Positions 1 through 11,300 of a stretch of DNA of 58,605 nucleotides are shown here, in pieces. Position numbers and translations under genes: made by a program. Origin of the DNA: an uncultured Pirellulales bacterium (lineage in GTDB: Bacteria; Planctomycetota; Phycisphaerae; Sedimentisphaerales; Anaerobacaceae); assembly GCA_964597535.1 (NCBI GenBank), contig CAZQYB010000001.1, positions 1 through 58,605 on the forward strand, in the 5' to 3' direction. The stretch's first letter is position 1. The number at the start of each line of letters is the position of its first letter. The notes below the pieces were generated by a model. The model did no database searches. It saw only the letters and a list, made by a program, of their open reading frames with translations, and was not told where the DNA came from.

Positions 1-655
1 GGCCGGATATGTGCGATATATCCGCCAAAAGATATGCGCCTACGCTGTCCGCGATTTCTCTGAATTTCTCAAAGTCTATCGTCCTCGAATACACACTCGC
101 CCCGCATATAATCAGCTTCGGCCTGACCTTGCCCGCGACTTCGCCAATCGAATCGTAATCCAGAAGATAGGCGTGTTTGTCGAGGTAGTAATTTTCTATA
201 TTGAAGAATTTTGCTGTGATAGATTCTTCATCGCCGTGTGAGAAATGCCCTCCCTGTTCCAGCGGCAGGCTCAATATCTTATCACCCTTTTCCAACAGTG
301 CCGTAATAACAATCAGGTTTGCGGCGGTGCCGGAATGCGGCTGAACATTTGCGTATTGTGCGCCGAAGGCCTTTTTCGCCCTGTCGATAGCGAGCCTCTC
401 CAGGTCATCAACAACTTCACAGCCGCTGTGCCGTCTCCTGCCGGCAAAACCCTCAGCCGTCTTGTTCTGAACGACCGAGCCCAGGGCCGCCAGGACTGCC
501 CTTGAGCACTGGTTCTCCGCTGCGACAAGCTGCAGGGTGCTTTGCACTCTTTCGTACTCGTTCGTTATTAACTTATAAACTTCTTCGTCTGCCTTTTTCA
601 AGACGCCGAATTGACCCTCGTGATATTCTTCGCAGCGGAGTTTATCCCGTAACAT
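1..655 (-). CDS. glyA: serine hydroxymethyltransferase, N-terminal ~218 codons (rest runs off the window start)
   Basis: This is my own minus-strand translation from the ATG at 655-653: MLRDKLRCEEYHEGQFGVLKKADEEVYKLITNEYERVQSTLQLVAAENQCSRAVLAALGSVVQNKTAEGFAGRRRHSGCEVVDDLERLAIDRAKKAFGAQYANVQPHSGTAANL...GGHFSHG...LLADISHISG. These are the classic SHMT blocks. The ORF is absent from the supplied track because it has no stop inside the window. The in-frame upstream stop is TAA at complement(680..682). Confidence 0.9.
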   Translation of the reverse strand, partial: MLRDKLRCEEYHEGQFGVLKKADEEVYKLITNEYERVQSTLQLVAAENQCSRAVLAALGSVVQNKTAEGFAGRRRHSGCEVVDDLERLAIDRAKKAFGAQYANVQPHSGTAANLIVITALLEKGDKILSLPLEQGGHFSHGDEESITAKFFNIENYYLDKHAYLLDYDSIGEVAGKVRPKLIICGASVYSRTIDFEKFREIADSVGAYLLADISHISG

Positions 656-783
656 TTCCAACACCTTCGAATCCTTTCTTTACTCAGCGAGAAGGTCCAT
701 CCTTGTATGGCAACTCTTAAAGGGTTTTCTTTGGCTTTTCTGGAAATAGCCCAATAGTTGTGTAAGCGCAGGCACCCAACAGC

Positions 784-2991
784 TTAGCGAAAAAGTATAT
801 TAAGTATATCGTTAAACGTTAAGTAAATAAAAAGTCCCAAAATAAACGTTATGCCGGCGTAAGCCACAACTTCTTGCACCCGTTCACTTAATGCCGAACC
901 CTTGATTTTCTCGACCAGCAAAAGCACAAGCCATCCTCCGTCAACAGGCGGTACAGGTAAAAGGTTAAACACTGCAAGAAGAATACTTATTATCCCAAAG
1001 AAGCGAACATATTCAATCAAAGGCCGACGAGCGGCAATCTGATAGCTTATCGCTATCATTCCGATAGGCCCCGAAAGCTCTTCCTGACCGACAAGCCCTG
1101 CTATCAGACACTTTATACTCACGTACGTCTGGACAACGACTGTCAAGGTTCTCTTGCTCCCAATCACGATTGCATCGATTGGCCCATCGGCCTTGTAAAG
1201 TCTCTCTAAAATTTTGAACGGAACGGGTTCGGCAAAAGTGCTCTGGACAGTAACAAAATCTTTGGAGTTATCGACAGTGAAAGCGACATCGCCGGCCACT
1301 TCCTCATTGATGCGCCAATCAATCGAGACGCGCTCACCATCGTATCGTCTGAGTTCCCTGATTACGTCATAAAAGTTTGACACGTCTGTCTTATCGACAG
1401 CCGTTATTGAAGCGCCGCGGGGAATTTCCAGCTTTGTTGGACCGCCCTCGGCGGCAATAGTCTTGGCAACAACCGGATGTTCCATATCAAGCGCGACGCC
1501 AACACCGATAAACACGCCGTCACTACCCTGCGGACTTCTGGGCACGACGGTAACTGTAAGGACCTTTTCTGCGTCCTCGGCACTCGTGCGTAAAATTTTT
1601 ACAGGCAGTTTCTGGTCCTTATATTTTGTGGTGACATCGCGCATCTCTTTAAAAGTGGGATTCTCAATATCGCCAATCGCAAGAATAATATCACCGCTCT
1701 CCAGGCCGTCACCAGTATCAACATATTCCTCTTTCGTGTTTGCTTTACCGAAGAGGGCCAATAATTTATTCTTAATTTTGCCTAACAAAGATGTAACTCT
1801 GTTTTTATCGGGCACTGGTGCGACAGCAGTTACCCGCAGACGCGGCACGATAGAATATATGTGATTAAGGTCGGCCTCAGGCTTAACTTCCTCTTTCTTG
1901 GCAGGACTAAAATTGAGTCTGACCTGCGATTCAATCGTCTCAATTTTCTTTGAAACAGGGTCGGTTCGCTTCGCCAAAATGGTCACTGACGGGACAAAGG
2001 CCTTTTGAACTATCTCTTTCAGCTCCCAATAGGCATCCACATCCTCGCCATTAACAGATATAACTCTATCACCGCCAAGTAGCCCTGTTTTTGCCTGCAA
2101 ATCCCTGGCATCAGCTTCGGAAAGTTTTGCGATGGTCAAGCTTTGCGGCGGCAAAATGCCGAAACCTCTCATCGCCCTGTCCCGGGACCGCTCCGGCACA
2201 ATTGCAAACTCTTTTTCTTCTAAGCTGTCTGCCCGCCGGACCTTTAGTTTGACCGCTTCGTTCTTACCCGCAAGGGCCGCCGCCATTAAGATATTCCTGA
2301 AGTCAAAATTATCTCTTTTACCCGCAATCTCAACTATTTCATCACCAGGTTTCAAACCTGCCCGAGCCGCAGGATTATTCGGAGTTACTCCGCCGACTAC
2401 CGGAGGTGTCAGTCTTATTCCGACAAGGAACACTATCGTAAAAATCAGGATAGCGCTGATAGCGTTAAAGATAACTCCTGCTGCTATAACGGCCATTCGA
2501 ACACCGACCGACTTGTTGGCAAACGACCGCGGGTCGTCGCCGGTCTCAACCGCCTTGGTGTCTTCCTGACCTAATATCTTGTTATAGCCCCCGAATGGAA
2601 TGAGGCCGATACGATACTCCGTTTCGCCTGGCTGAGCTTTCCTGCCGATAATAAATGTTACCAGGCTCCCGTCTGACTTTTCGTCTTTGGTGCGAAAAAA
2701 ACCGGGCAAGATACGAACACGATACCCGTTCTCTGTTCTCATAACACCAACCAAAGTAGGAGGAAAGCCGATTGAAAAAGCCTTAATCGTTATACCCGAA
2801 AGCTTGGCAACGGTGAAATGCCCCAGCTCGTGGACCAGTATCATCACCCCAAAACCAATCACTACCAGCAGGATGTTACCGAAAGCGCCGATGTTCCGCA
2901 CAATCAGATAAATGACTGCCGCAAAAACAGCGAGCAACAAAAATGCTCGAAAATTCCTTCTTAATAAACCATTTCGTTTAGACATTGACAA
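784..2991 (-). CDS. rseP: RIP site-2 metalloprotease (M50 family, RseP-like), long multi-PDZ form
   Basis: The 735-aa ORF has HELGHF (HExxH) in an N-terminal TM segment and C-terminal FNLLPVPPVDGGW (the M50 NxxPxxxxDG motif). PDZ-like stretches (GLKPGDEIVEIAG, GLESGDIILAIGD) lie between them. The gene is adjacent to dxr, as in many bacteria. Confidence 0.9.
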   Translation of the reverse strand: MSMSKRNGLLRRNFRAFLLLAVFAAVIYLIVRNIGAFGNILLVVIGFGVMILVHELGHFTVAKLSGITIKAFSIGFPPTLVGVMRTENGYRVRILPGFFRTKDEKSDGSLVTFIIGRKAQPGETEYRIGLIPFGGYNKILGQEDTKAVETGDDPRSFANKSVGVRMAVIAAGVIFNAISAILIFTIVFLVGIRLTPPVVGGVTPNNPAARAGLKPGDEIVEIAGKRDNFDFRNILMAAALAGKNEAVKLKVRRADSLEEKEFAIVPERSRDRAMRGFGILPPQSLTIAKLSEADARDLQAKTGLLGGDRVISVNGEDVDAYWELKEIVQKAFVPSVTILAKRTDPVSKKIETIESQVRLNFSPAKKEEVKPEADLNHIYSIVPRLRVTAVAPVPDKNRVTSLLGKIKNKLLALFGKANTKEEYVDTGDGLESGDIILAIGDIENPTFKEMRDVTTKYKDQKLPVKILRTSAEDAEKVLTVTVVPRSPQGSDGVFIGVGVALDMEHPVVAKTIAAEGGPTKLEIPRGASITAVDKTDVSNFYDVIRELRRYDGERVSIDWRINEEVAGDVAFTVDNSKDFVTVQSTFAEPVPFKILERLYKADGPIDAIVIGSKRTLTVVVQTYVSIKCLIAGLVGQEELSGPIGMIAISYQIAARRPLIEYVRFFGIISILLAVFNLLPVPPVDGGWLVLLLVEKIKGSALSERVQEVVAYAGITFILGLFIYLTFNDILNILFR

Positions 2992-3041
2992 TCTCCAAAC
3001 TCAGTGCATTATTACTGCAAATATACAAATTACAAGTTCAC

Positions 3042-4217
3042 TCATGCTCTTATACTCTTGTGCTCTTTTGCTCTTTTTTCAACTTCTTTTCTCGCCCAGG
3101 CGTCGGCCTCAAGCAGCTCCTCAAGCGATACGCTTGTTTTAGCGCTATGTTTATTCAGACAATGTTCGATAGACTCGATTATATTAACAAATTTGATTCT
3201 ACCTGCCAAGAACTCTTGCACCGCCGCCTCATTTGCCGCGTTAAAGACAGCCGCTGTCGTTCCGCCCATTCGTGCAACCTCAAAACCTAATGACAGCGCA
3301 CGAAACGTCTCCAAATTGGGTTTCTCAAATGTAAGTTTGCCTATTTCCTCCAGCCGCAGACGCTTACCAATCCCTGTGACACGCCGAGGATACGTCAAAG
3401 CATACTGAATCGGAAAACACATATCAGGCGTGCCAAGCTGGGCTATTACCGACCCATCCACAAATTCGACAAGCGAATGTACTATTGACTCAGGATGAAC
3501 CAGGACCTCTATTTTTTCGACCGGCATATCGAAAAGCCAATGTGCCTCAATTACCTCGAGCGCTTTATTAACCATAGTCGCAGAGTCGATAGTGATTTTC
3601 GGCCCCATATCCCAAACCGGGTGCGCAAGCGCCTCTTCAAGCGTTACGTTTTGGATATCGGCGGCGGTGGCTTTTCTAAACGGCCCACCTGAAGTGGTCA
3701 GTATGATTTTGCTGACCTCTTCAGCTAAACCGGCCTGCATCGCCTGGAAAATAGCCGAATGTTCACTGTCCACCGGCAAAATAATGCCGCCGTTTTCCTT
3801 AACGGTCCTCGTGAGCAGCTCGCCGGCAACAACCAGCGGCTCTTTGTTCGCGATGGCAAGCGTCTTGCCCTTTCGCGCAGCCGCAAGCACCGCAGGCAGA
3901 CCCGCCGCACCAACAACTGCTGTAAGAACAATATCGACCTCTTCAAGTTGCGCAATCTCTACCAGACTATCCGGCCCAGCCAGAAGCTCAACATCCAAAT
4001 CACCAACCAGTTCGCTAATCCGCGTTGCATAATCAGCATTTGTGATAGCGACAAATCTCGGCTTATAGCGCTTCGCCTGCTCAGCCAAAAGCTCAATGTT
4101 GCTGTGAGCAGTCAGCGCAACAATTTCATACTCCGGCCCAAGCGCGTCAATGACCCGCAGGGCATTTTTGCCAATCGACCCCGTCGAACCCAAGATAGCG
4201 ATACGTTTAGGTCTCAA
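3042..4217 (-). CDS. dxr: 1-deoxy-D-xylulose 5-phosphate reductoisomerase
   Basis: The 391-aa ORF has IAILGSTGSIGKNAL (NADPH loop), LAIANKEPLV and VDSEHSAIFQ signature blocks. The last ~11 codons (KRAKEHKSIRA) are encoded by a tandem octamer array, so the true C-terminus is slightly uncertain. Confidence 0.93.
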   Translation of the reverse strand: MRPKRIAILGSTGSIGKNALRVIDALGPEYEIVALTAHSNIELLAEQAKRYKPRFVAITNADYATRISELVGDLDVELLAGPDSLVEIAQLEEVDIVLTAVVGAAGLPAVLAAARKGKTLAIANKEPLVVAGELLTRTVKENGGIILPVDSEHSAIFQAMQAGLAEEVSKIILTTSGGPFRKATAADIQNVTLEEALAHPVWDMGPKITIDSATMVNKALEVIEAHWLFDMPVEKIEVLVHPESIVHSLVEFVDGSVIAQLGTPDMCFPIQYALTYPRRVTGIGKRLRLEEIGKLTFEKPNLETFRALSLGFEVARMGGTTAAVFNAANEAAVQEFLAGRIKFVNIIESIEHCLNKHSAKTSVSLEELLEADAWARKEVEKRAKEHKSIRA

Positions 4218-4334
4218 AATGCAAGCGCCTTTTTCGTTGAAGAAAACACGTCAAATTCACTGCCAATAAGTTAGGATAGTATGATAGTACCACTGAACTG
4301 TCAAGCCGGCATTCGCCAATCAACTACTCGCCGC

Positions 4335-5879
4335 TCACCATATCGATTTCATCTGCCAGACGTCAAGTGACCTGACCCTGGCGGCCCCGCCCTCAGCGAA
4401 CAACTCAATACCAAGGTCCTTTTCGGCGGGATAGATTACCTTTGCCACCGCACGCCGGCCATCGTTTACAAATACTTCCATCACCGACTTATCCAGGAAA
4501 ACTTGAAGCGTCAGGGTCTTTTCGTTACTTGCCGGCTCCAGAGCAACTTTCACGCCGGCCACGTCAAGAGTCTCTCCATCGCAGCTTATCACGACGGCAC
4601 GCTTCCCATCTTCGCTGCGTCGCACCTTAAGGGCGACGACATTGGCGTCGATAAACTCGAACTTAACGATAATCTCAAGCGTATCTCCCCGTGCTTCTTC
4701 AAGAACTAAGCTGCTATTGTCCAAGTCCACAGTCTCGGCCGCGATGTGCTTACGCCGAAGCTTCCGCAGTTCCTTGGCCGGCCTTTGCCGCAGGAGCCCA
4801 TCCGAATCCAGCGATAGCACCCGCGGCAGGGCTAAGCAGCCGTTCCACCCGCGACCATCCTTAAATCCGCTTATCCAGCCGTACATGATGCACCGGTCTT
4901 CTTCATCAAAGAAAACGTGGGCCGACGAGAAACCACGGTCACTGGAAACACCTTCGCATTTATTCTGTCCGTAATTATGAGTCAGAATCCCCGCTGTTTC
5001 CGGCCGGAAGGTCAGTGTGTCCACATCAAAGCCCCCCATCCAGTACCTCACCGGTCCGCTCGGATGCACCATCAGCACCCATCTGCCGTCGAGCTCAAAG
5101 AACATTGGCACTTCTACATTCTTCAACTCGCTCTTGGGGGCCTTATACAACAGTCCCCGGTACTGCCACCGAGCGAAACCCTCGTCCTGGCTCTCGTATA
5201 TTGGCACGGCTCGGTCCCGGCCCACAGAGTCCGCTCCAACGACCATGAAAGTTCTTCCGCCATGCTCGAAAACGTACGGGTCACCGCCGCCGCCGAAGCT
5301 CGGCCCGCCGTGGATGGCAGGATGCAAAATCGGATTGTCCGGATGCCTCCTCCACGTAATCATTTCATCGTCGCCCAGGGCCGCCCGCTGGTCACGCGGC
5401 CCCTTATAGTTTGGAACGTGCGTGTAAAAAATCATCGGCACGCCTTTCTTATTGATTGTCACACAGCCCGAATTGCACCGCAGCTCATCTTCAGCCGGCA
5501 CCAGAGCAATCGGCAGGTGTTCCCAGTGCACCAGGTCTCTGCTGCGGGCGTGTCCCCAGTGAATATTGGCCCAGTGGTCGGCATAAGGATTGAGCTGGTA
5601 GAACAGGTGGTAATAGCCCTTATACCGAATGCCCCCGCACGGGTCATTCATCCATTGGGCTATCGGCCGAAAATGGTAAACCGGCCGGGTCCGGTCCGCC
5701 TTGGCCCTGACAGCAGCAGCACGCAGCGCCTCAGCCGCCTTGACCAGCGCCGGGTCGGAACTCACAGACCGGCGACAACCAGACGGGCCTGACAACACTA
5801 CCGCCATCAGCAAAAGAAGCTTCCCTAAAGCGCGTAAACATAATATCACTAACATAAGTAATGACGTTCTAAATTTCAT
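4335..5879 (-). CDS. glycoside hydrolase family 32 (beta-fructofuranosidase/levanase-like), secreted or membrane-anchored
   Basis: It has the WMNDPCG catalytic block followed by YHLFYQLNP, and a later EVPMFF (EC-like) block. The N-terminus is hydrophobic (MKFRTSLLMLVILCL...). I prefer the ATG at 5879 (GAGGAG 9 nt upstream) over the track start at 5906. Confidence 0.85.
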   Translation of the reverse strand: MKFRTSLLMLVILCLRALGKLLLLMAVVLSGPSGCRRSVSSDPALVKAAEALRAAAVRAKADRTRPVYHFRPIAQWMNDPCGGIRYKGYYHLFYQLNPYADHWANIHWGHARSRDLVHWEHLPIALVPAEDELRCNSGCVTINKKGVPMIFYTHVPNYKGPRDQRAALGDDEMITWRRHPDNPILHPAIHGGPSFGGGGDPYVFEHGGRTFMVVGADSVGRDRAVPIYESQDEGFARWQYRGLLYKAPKSELKNVEVPMFFELDGRWVLMVHPSGPVRYWMGGFDVDTLTFRPETAGILTHNYGQNKCEGVSSDRGFSSAHVFFDEEDRCIMYGWISGFKDGRGWNGCLALPRVLSLDSDGLLRQRPAKELRKLRRKHIAAETVDLDNSSLVLEEARGDTLEIIVKFEFIDANVVALKVRRSEDGKRAVVISCDGETLDVAGVKVALEPASNEKTLTLQVFLDKSVMEVFVNDGRRAVAKVIYPAEKDLGIELFAEGGAARVRSLDVWQMKSIW

Positions 5880-6378
5880 AACCCTAATCTCCTCTTCGTC
5901 GGCCAACTACTAATGGGCCGCCCCCACACTTTGTCAGCGTGATTCCTCCTATCAGCCCCTCCACGCAAGGACTGATGGTCCACCATAAATTGCCGCGGCA
6001 AATTATCCCGATTCCAACTCCCCTGTCAACCCCGTTGGAAAGTTTTTTTGGAAAAAATGTCCCTAACAAGCCGAATTTCTAACGGGGTAAACAAAAATAT
6101 AAAAAAATTCCCCTTGCAAAATCGCCAAACCAGATTAGCGCATAAGTCAAAAGAAAAAAGAGCACAAGAGCATAAGAGCATAAGGGAAATTTCGTCGCTC
6201 GTAGCTCGTAACCCGTATCTCGTCCGGATTCCCGCTACCCGCTTTCGCTGGCACAAGCTTCGCGGGAATGACCCCGCACCAAATTGCGGCAGAAGCCTAT
6301 TTCGTGCGGGGCAAGCAAGGGCGAAATTGCCGCGCCCCCCAATCAGGTAGGGGTGGCGGGTATGTGGTTAATAAAGAA

Positions 6379-7539
6379 TTACTTTAGCTCAACTATTTCT
6401 GCAAACCGCACCAAAGCGCCTTTGGTCGGCGGATGCGGCTCAATTGTTCCAACCAGGCCGACCTTTCGGCCCACAAGTTTGCTCAAATGCATAGTCGAAG
6501 CTGAACCGGTCGGTAAAGCGTAACAAACGGTTTTGCCTGAACCGTCAGTTATCCGGTAGTGTCCGGCACCATAGCTCTTGAAAATTCGAAACTGTCCTAT
6601 AGCCGCAAATCTGCCCAAATCCTGGACATCAGCTATCCTCGCAGCGGAGGCTGTTTTTATTCGCTGTCTATCCTGTCGTAACTTATCATCCTGACGCCGA
6701 ACGGCTTCAGCCACATCGCCGGCCAATTCATAGCGCATTATCTGCTTAATCGCAAATTCGGAATAGCGTGCGGCTTTGCCGGCCTCTTTATCGCCGGCAA
6801 TTTTAAGCAGCGCTTGCTTTATTTTTGTGTACTTCTGCCGGCTTATTGGTTTGGCTTGCTCAGCCCGTATTTGCTTTTCCAGAGCGTAATATTCTTTGAG
6901 CTTCCCGGCCTCGACAGGAATCCTTGTAGGAACAATCACTTTGCTATCAACGACAGGGGTGCCAACAACAGGCGGCGGCACCTGCCCAACTTCGCCTATG
7001 ACTTTTGTATGTTTGGTGCTTACCCAGCGGTAGGCACCCGCCGGCGGAACAATTTTATAATACTTGTCCTTCTCTTCGCCCATCAACTTAACTTTCTCAC
7101 CTTTGTTGAGCTTTAACCGACTGGTCGTAGAATATATCGGCCTGAGGCGGTCAGAACCAACCCAGACACGAACACTGTTACCGGTTACAGTCCCGATAGT
7201 GGGATTACTCGCGTCAACGCTAACGTACTGTATTGAAATCCACGAGAAACTACCGGCGGGCGGAACGATGCAAGACCAGTTGAATTGGTGGTTGACTACC
7301 TTTATTCTGTCACCTTTATTTAGCTTGCCACAACTGTAATAATTTACACCGGCACCGGAACGGATATTGACGTTATCGCCCGTTACCTCGGCAACATAGG
7401 GAAAGGAAACGCCCGCTTCATTAGAGTCGCTGGTCATAGTGACAGATTTTTCAGGGGCGGTCACGGCTTCCTGGGCAAAGCCGTTGCAGGCCAAACTTGT
7501 CAAAATAACAACAATGCAGAAACTGGTGCGAGATTGCAT
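6379..7539 (-). CDS. secreted protein with two SH3b-like repeats and a charged helical C-terminal half
   Basis: It has a signal-peptide-like N-terminus (MQSRTSFCIVVILTSLACNGFAQEA). A repeated pattern, GDNVNIRSGAGVNYYSCGKLNKGDRIKV and GNSVRVWVGSDRL...KLNKGEKVKL, is typical of bacterial SH3 domains. AGGAGA lies upstream of the ATG. Confidence 0.6.
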   Translation of the reverse strand: MQSRTSFCIVVILTSLACNGFAQEAVTAPEKSVTMTSDSNEAGVSFPYVAEVTGDNVNIRSGAGVNYYSCGKLNKGDRIKVVNHQFNWSCIVPPAGSFSWISIQYVSVDASNPTIGTVTGNSVRVWVGSDRLRPIYSTTSRLKLNKGEKVKLMGEEKDKYYKIVPPAGAYRWVSTKHTKVIGEVGQVPPPVVGTPVVDSKVIVPTRIPVEAGKLKEYYALEKQIRAEQAKPISRQKYTKIKQALLKIAGDKEAGKAARYSEFAIKQIMRYELAGDVAEAVRRQDDKLRQDRQRIKTASAARIADVQDLGRFAAIGQFRIFKSYGAGHYRITDGSGKTVCYALPTGSASTMHLSKLVGRKVGLVGTIEPHPPTKGALVRFAEIVELK

Positions 7540-7840
7540 TTTTCTATCTCCTAAAAAGAGATTTTATCAAAAACACTAAAACACAAACGGCTTTACGCAT
7601 TTCAAATTAGCACCCGTCTCACTAATTGTCAACTTTTTTATTTTTTCAAAGATGGGCAGCAGGGCACATCGAGTTTGCCGGCAAAACAGCCCTTCGATAG
7701 CTGGTATGGGCAGTTTTATAAAAAGTGGCCGAAATTCGGATTTTTTGTAAACGAAATCTGATTTGGAGTCTCTATAATTACGAATATGTGCCCCGTTGCA
7801 CATCCGAGTTGTGTATAACTCAAGGGCTTTGCAAGACAAA

Positions 7841-8341
7841 ATGGTGCAGAAGATAAGTTTTAAGGCGTTGCTCAACGATTACAGTGCGGCGGTCCTGAAC
7901 ACTGCGATACGGGTTCTGGGCGACGGTCAAAAAGCCCAGGATGTCCATCAGGAAGTGTTTCTGGCAATATGGCGGCGATGGCACAAGTATAACGGCAACA
8001 CAAAATGGGGCGCATATCTGTACCGAACAACCGTCCGAAAGGCAATTGAGTTTGCCAAACGCTCAAGAGCCGAGCGGCTTATAGAGCGGCAGCCGGGAAA
8101 TCCGACTGCGAACGAAAAGCCGGATGGGCGGTTAAGAACTGCCGAACTTCAACAGAAACTCGTCAACTGCCTTGGACGATTGCCAAAACGTCAGGCGGAC
8201 GTGTTCGTGTTATCGAGAATCGAAGGATTAAAACATAACAAGATTGCCGAGGTCCTGGGCTGTTCGCAGGAAACCGTGAGAGTGCATCTTCATCGGGCGA
8301 CGAAGCGATTGACGCAGGAACTCAGCGAATATTTGGGGTGA
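7841..8341 (+). CDS. ECF-type RNA polymerase sigma factor (sigma-70 regions 2 and 4 only)
   Basis: Region 2 is DVHQEVFLAIWRRW. Region 4 HTH is LPKRQADVFVLSRIEGLKHNKIAEVLGCSQETVRVHLHRATKRL. The track ORF begins at TTG 7796; ATG 7841 gives a typical ECF length of about 166 aa. The stop lies 3 nt before the anti-sigma start. Confidence 0.88.
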   Translation: MVQKISFKALLNDYSAAVLNTAIRVLGDGQKAQDVHQEVFLAIWRRWHKYNGNTKWGAYLYRTTVRKAIEFAKRSRAERLIERQPGNPTANEKPDGRLRTAELQQKLVNCLGRLPKRQADVFVLSRIEGLKHNKIAEVLGCSQETVRVHLHRATKRLTQELSEYLG

Positions 8342-8344
8342 GAT

Positions 8345-11300
8345 GTGAATACACATGAAAAAATAAAGGAATTGCTAATCGGCTTTGTTCTTGGCGAACT
8401 CTCCGAACAAGAAGAAAGAAAAGTTAAAACGCACGTCGCTGAGTGTGCCGAATGCAGCAGCGAGCTAAAACGCCTTCGAGCATTACTTGAATGTACCGAC
8501 GAAATGAGGGAATTGTCGGCTGATAATCATTTGTGCCAGTCAGCCAAAGAAACGCTCCTTGCAAGTATAGGCAGCGAGGAGAAGCAACTAGCGCCGAGCT
8601 CGAATATCAGCGCCGGCTGCGTAAGGAGAACAATTATGCAAAGCAGAATAATAAAACTTGCCGCCGCAGCAGTGATAATCATAGCAGTTTGTATTGGGCT
8701 AAAAATGTTTATTCACCCATCGGAGAAGCAGCATGTAGGGGAAACAAGCATTGTAAATGAAGTGGAAACTACGGCCGAAGTGCTCGAAGCTGAACGAAAC
8801 ACGGTCAGACAAATGTTTGCTGCTCGCGACGTTCGCGGTTTGGAGGCGATGCTGCTAAATGCTCAATTTGATGAGAGCAAAGTCCTGGCGGCAAATTATC
8901 TCGCCTTGATTGGCGATTCAGATAGCGTTGAGGTTCTGCAGCAGGTCGATGAAGAGTACGGCGGCACCGAGCCCGCATTTGCAGAAGCGATAGCAGCTAT
9001 TGAAACCAGAATCGCAGATGCCGGCACGGAGGACTCGGAAGGCACGGAAGCCCCGGAAGGCACTTCCGCCCTTGATGGAAACGATACGGCCGTTGCCGAG
9101 GGCAGTGGTCCGGCGGTTGAGCAGGCGCCCGATGAATTGCTTCAATTAGTGCCGGCCAAGAGTATGTTCTGTGTGCGTGTGAACAATTTTGACTACGTTT
9201 TGGGAATGATAGACCAGTATTTGGCCGGCATTTCGCCGATGCCCGCCGGCGCAACAATGTTCGCGCGTATGCAGCTCGTAAGTGCGCTGGGCGACCCGGC
9301 ACTGAATGGCGTCAACACAGCAGGTAGTTTCGCTCTATTCGGGCTGGCGTCACCACCCGAGCCGAACGAAAATCCGTTGGGCAATCTGTTTATAGCGGGG
9401 CTCGTGCCTGTTACCGATTATGCGAAGTTCGTCAGCGATAATCCGAATTGCGAACAGCCCGATGCTAACGGCATCTCCATAATCAAAACCGGCGGCGCTG
9501 TCAACCCGAATAAAAAAATGCTCGCTGCGAAATTAGGCGGCTATGTCCTTCTCAGTTCGGCGAACAATTACGGCAAGCTGGTTTCGATTGCAAAATCGGT
9601 TTCTCAGGGTGTCTCCGGACTTGGCGATTCACTTGATGCTGGCGAGGTCGCAGCGGCAACCAATCAGCCGCTTTGGGCGTACGGTAACGTTCAGCGGGCT
9701 GCGAAAGTATTTGGACCTATGGTTTATGCCCAGCTTGAGCAGATGAAAAAGCAGTTTGAAACTATGAATGCCAGCCCCCAGGGCGGACCCGCACCGGCAG
9801 CAGCAATGAATATGTATTTCGGTATGTTCAATATTCTGACCGAAGAGGTTGAGTTTCTCAGTATCAGTGTCAACCCTAAAGTTGATGTTCTCAATTTGAC
9901 CATAAGTGCTGCAGCGGTGCCAAATACGCTGATGGCCAAGATGTTTGTGGCCGATGCCTCGGACGCAGCCAATACGCTCTTGAATTACCTAAAAGACGGG
10001 GCAATTCTTAATCTTGGATTCAAAATGAACACGCCTTTTATGGAAGAGTTAAGCATGACCGAGTACGACTTTATTGCTTTTCTTAGTGACCAGAATATTC
10101 CTGATGAGACTATCGATAAATTTGAAAACATGGTGGCCGATATGGTATCCTGCGCAGCGGGACCTGGAATAGCCTCTTTTACCTATAACAGCGAAGGATG
10201 GCCGCCTTTCGCAGGTAAGTACATCGTTGCGGTCAAAGACGAGGAAAAATGGAAGCAATTAATTAAAGCAGGGGCCGACCTTTACAATACCGGAGAATTT
10301 GCCGACCTCCATAACAAGATGGGGATCGAGTACAGGTATGAAATTAAGACTGGAGCGGACGACTGCAATGGTGTTTCAATTGATGTTGGCAAACTCGTAA
10401 TGGAACCGAACGACCCTAATTCTATGTATGGCAAGATAATAGACCAAACATACCGTGGTGGATTTGACTTCAGATACGCTATAGTCAATGGCCTCTGGCT
10501 CTGCGTGTTCGGCACGGACTGCAACTCGGCTATGTGCGAGTTGATTGATGAGGTCAAAGCCGGTGGGCCGAAAGAATTGGCATCTGAGATGGCCACGGCC
10601 CTGGAGGCTCTCACCAAAGCAGACAAGGCTGAGTTTGCAGGTACCGTGAATTTCATCCGCTACCTGAATATGGGTGCAAGTATGATGCAAGGTATAGAAA
10701 TAGAAGTTGGTGTAGATGCAGGGCAAATAGGCCCACCAATAGTGCCGGTTGACGTTGAGACCAATAGCAACATAGCGTTTGCCGGCAAGGTAACTAATGG
10801 CAAGATAGCCGTTGAGATTGCCCTGCCTAAACAGCATATATTGGAGATTAAAGCGGGCATTGAGACAATGGGGCAGCAGATGACAGTGATTATGGCGCGT
10901 CAAGAGGCCATCTCGCAGATACCTTCGACCGGCCCTATTATCGGTGAACCTCAGCCCGGTATGCCAACTCTTTACACGGTTGCCCCGGATGTGAACTTGT
11001 CCGATGAGCAAACCCTAATAGAAGGACTGCGTACGTTCGCTGAGATTTCAAACGGACGATATCCAAGCAACCTGAATTTGATGATAACAATGAGAGAAGC
11101 CGGTGAAGCCCTTAGAAAAAGCATCCTTGATGACCAAAACAGAGACCCCAATGTGACGCTGCCAACAAGAGAAGAGCTAATGGCTAAGTTGGCCAATATT
11201 GAAGCAGCTTGTCTGTTCTACGATAAATTGGTCAAGGAAGGCAAGGACGTTGTTTACCGTGGCGATAAGGTCACAACCGAATTTCCGCACGTGATCCTGA

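Noticed and set aside
7576-7875. 99-aa minus-strand ORF between the SH3 protein gene and the ECF sigma gene
   Set aside because: It overlaps the sigma gene start and promoter region. It has no RBS and no motifs, and it is probably spurious.
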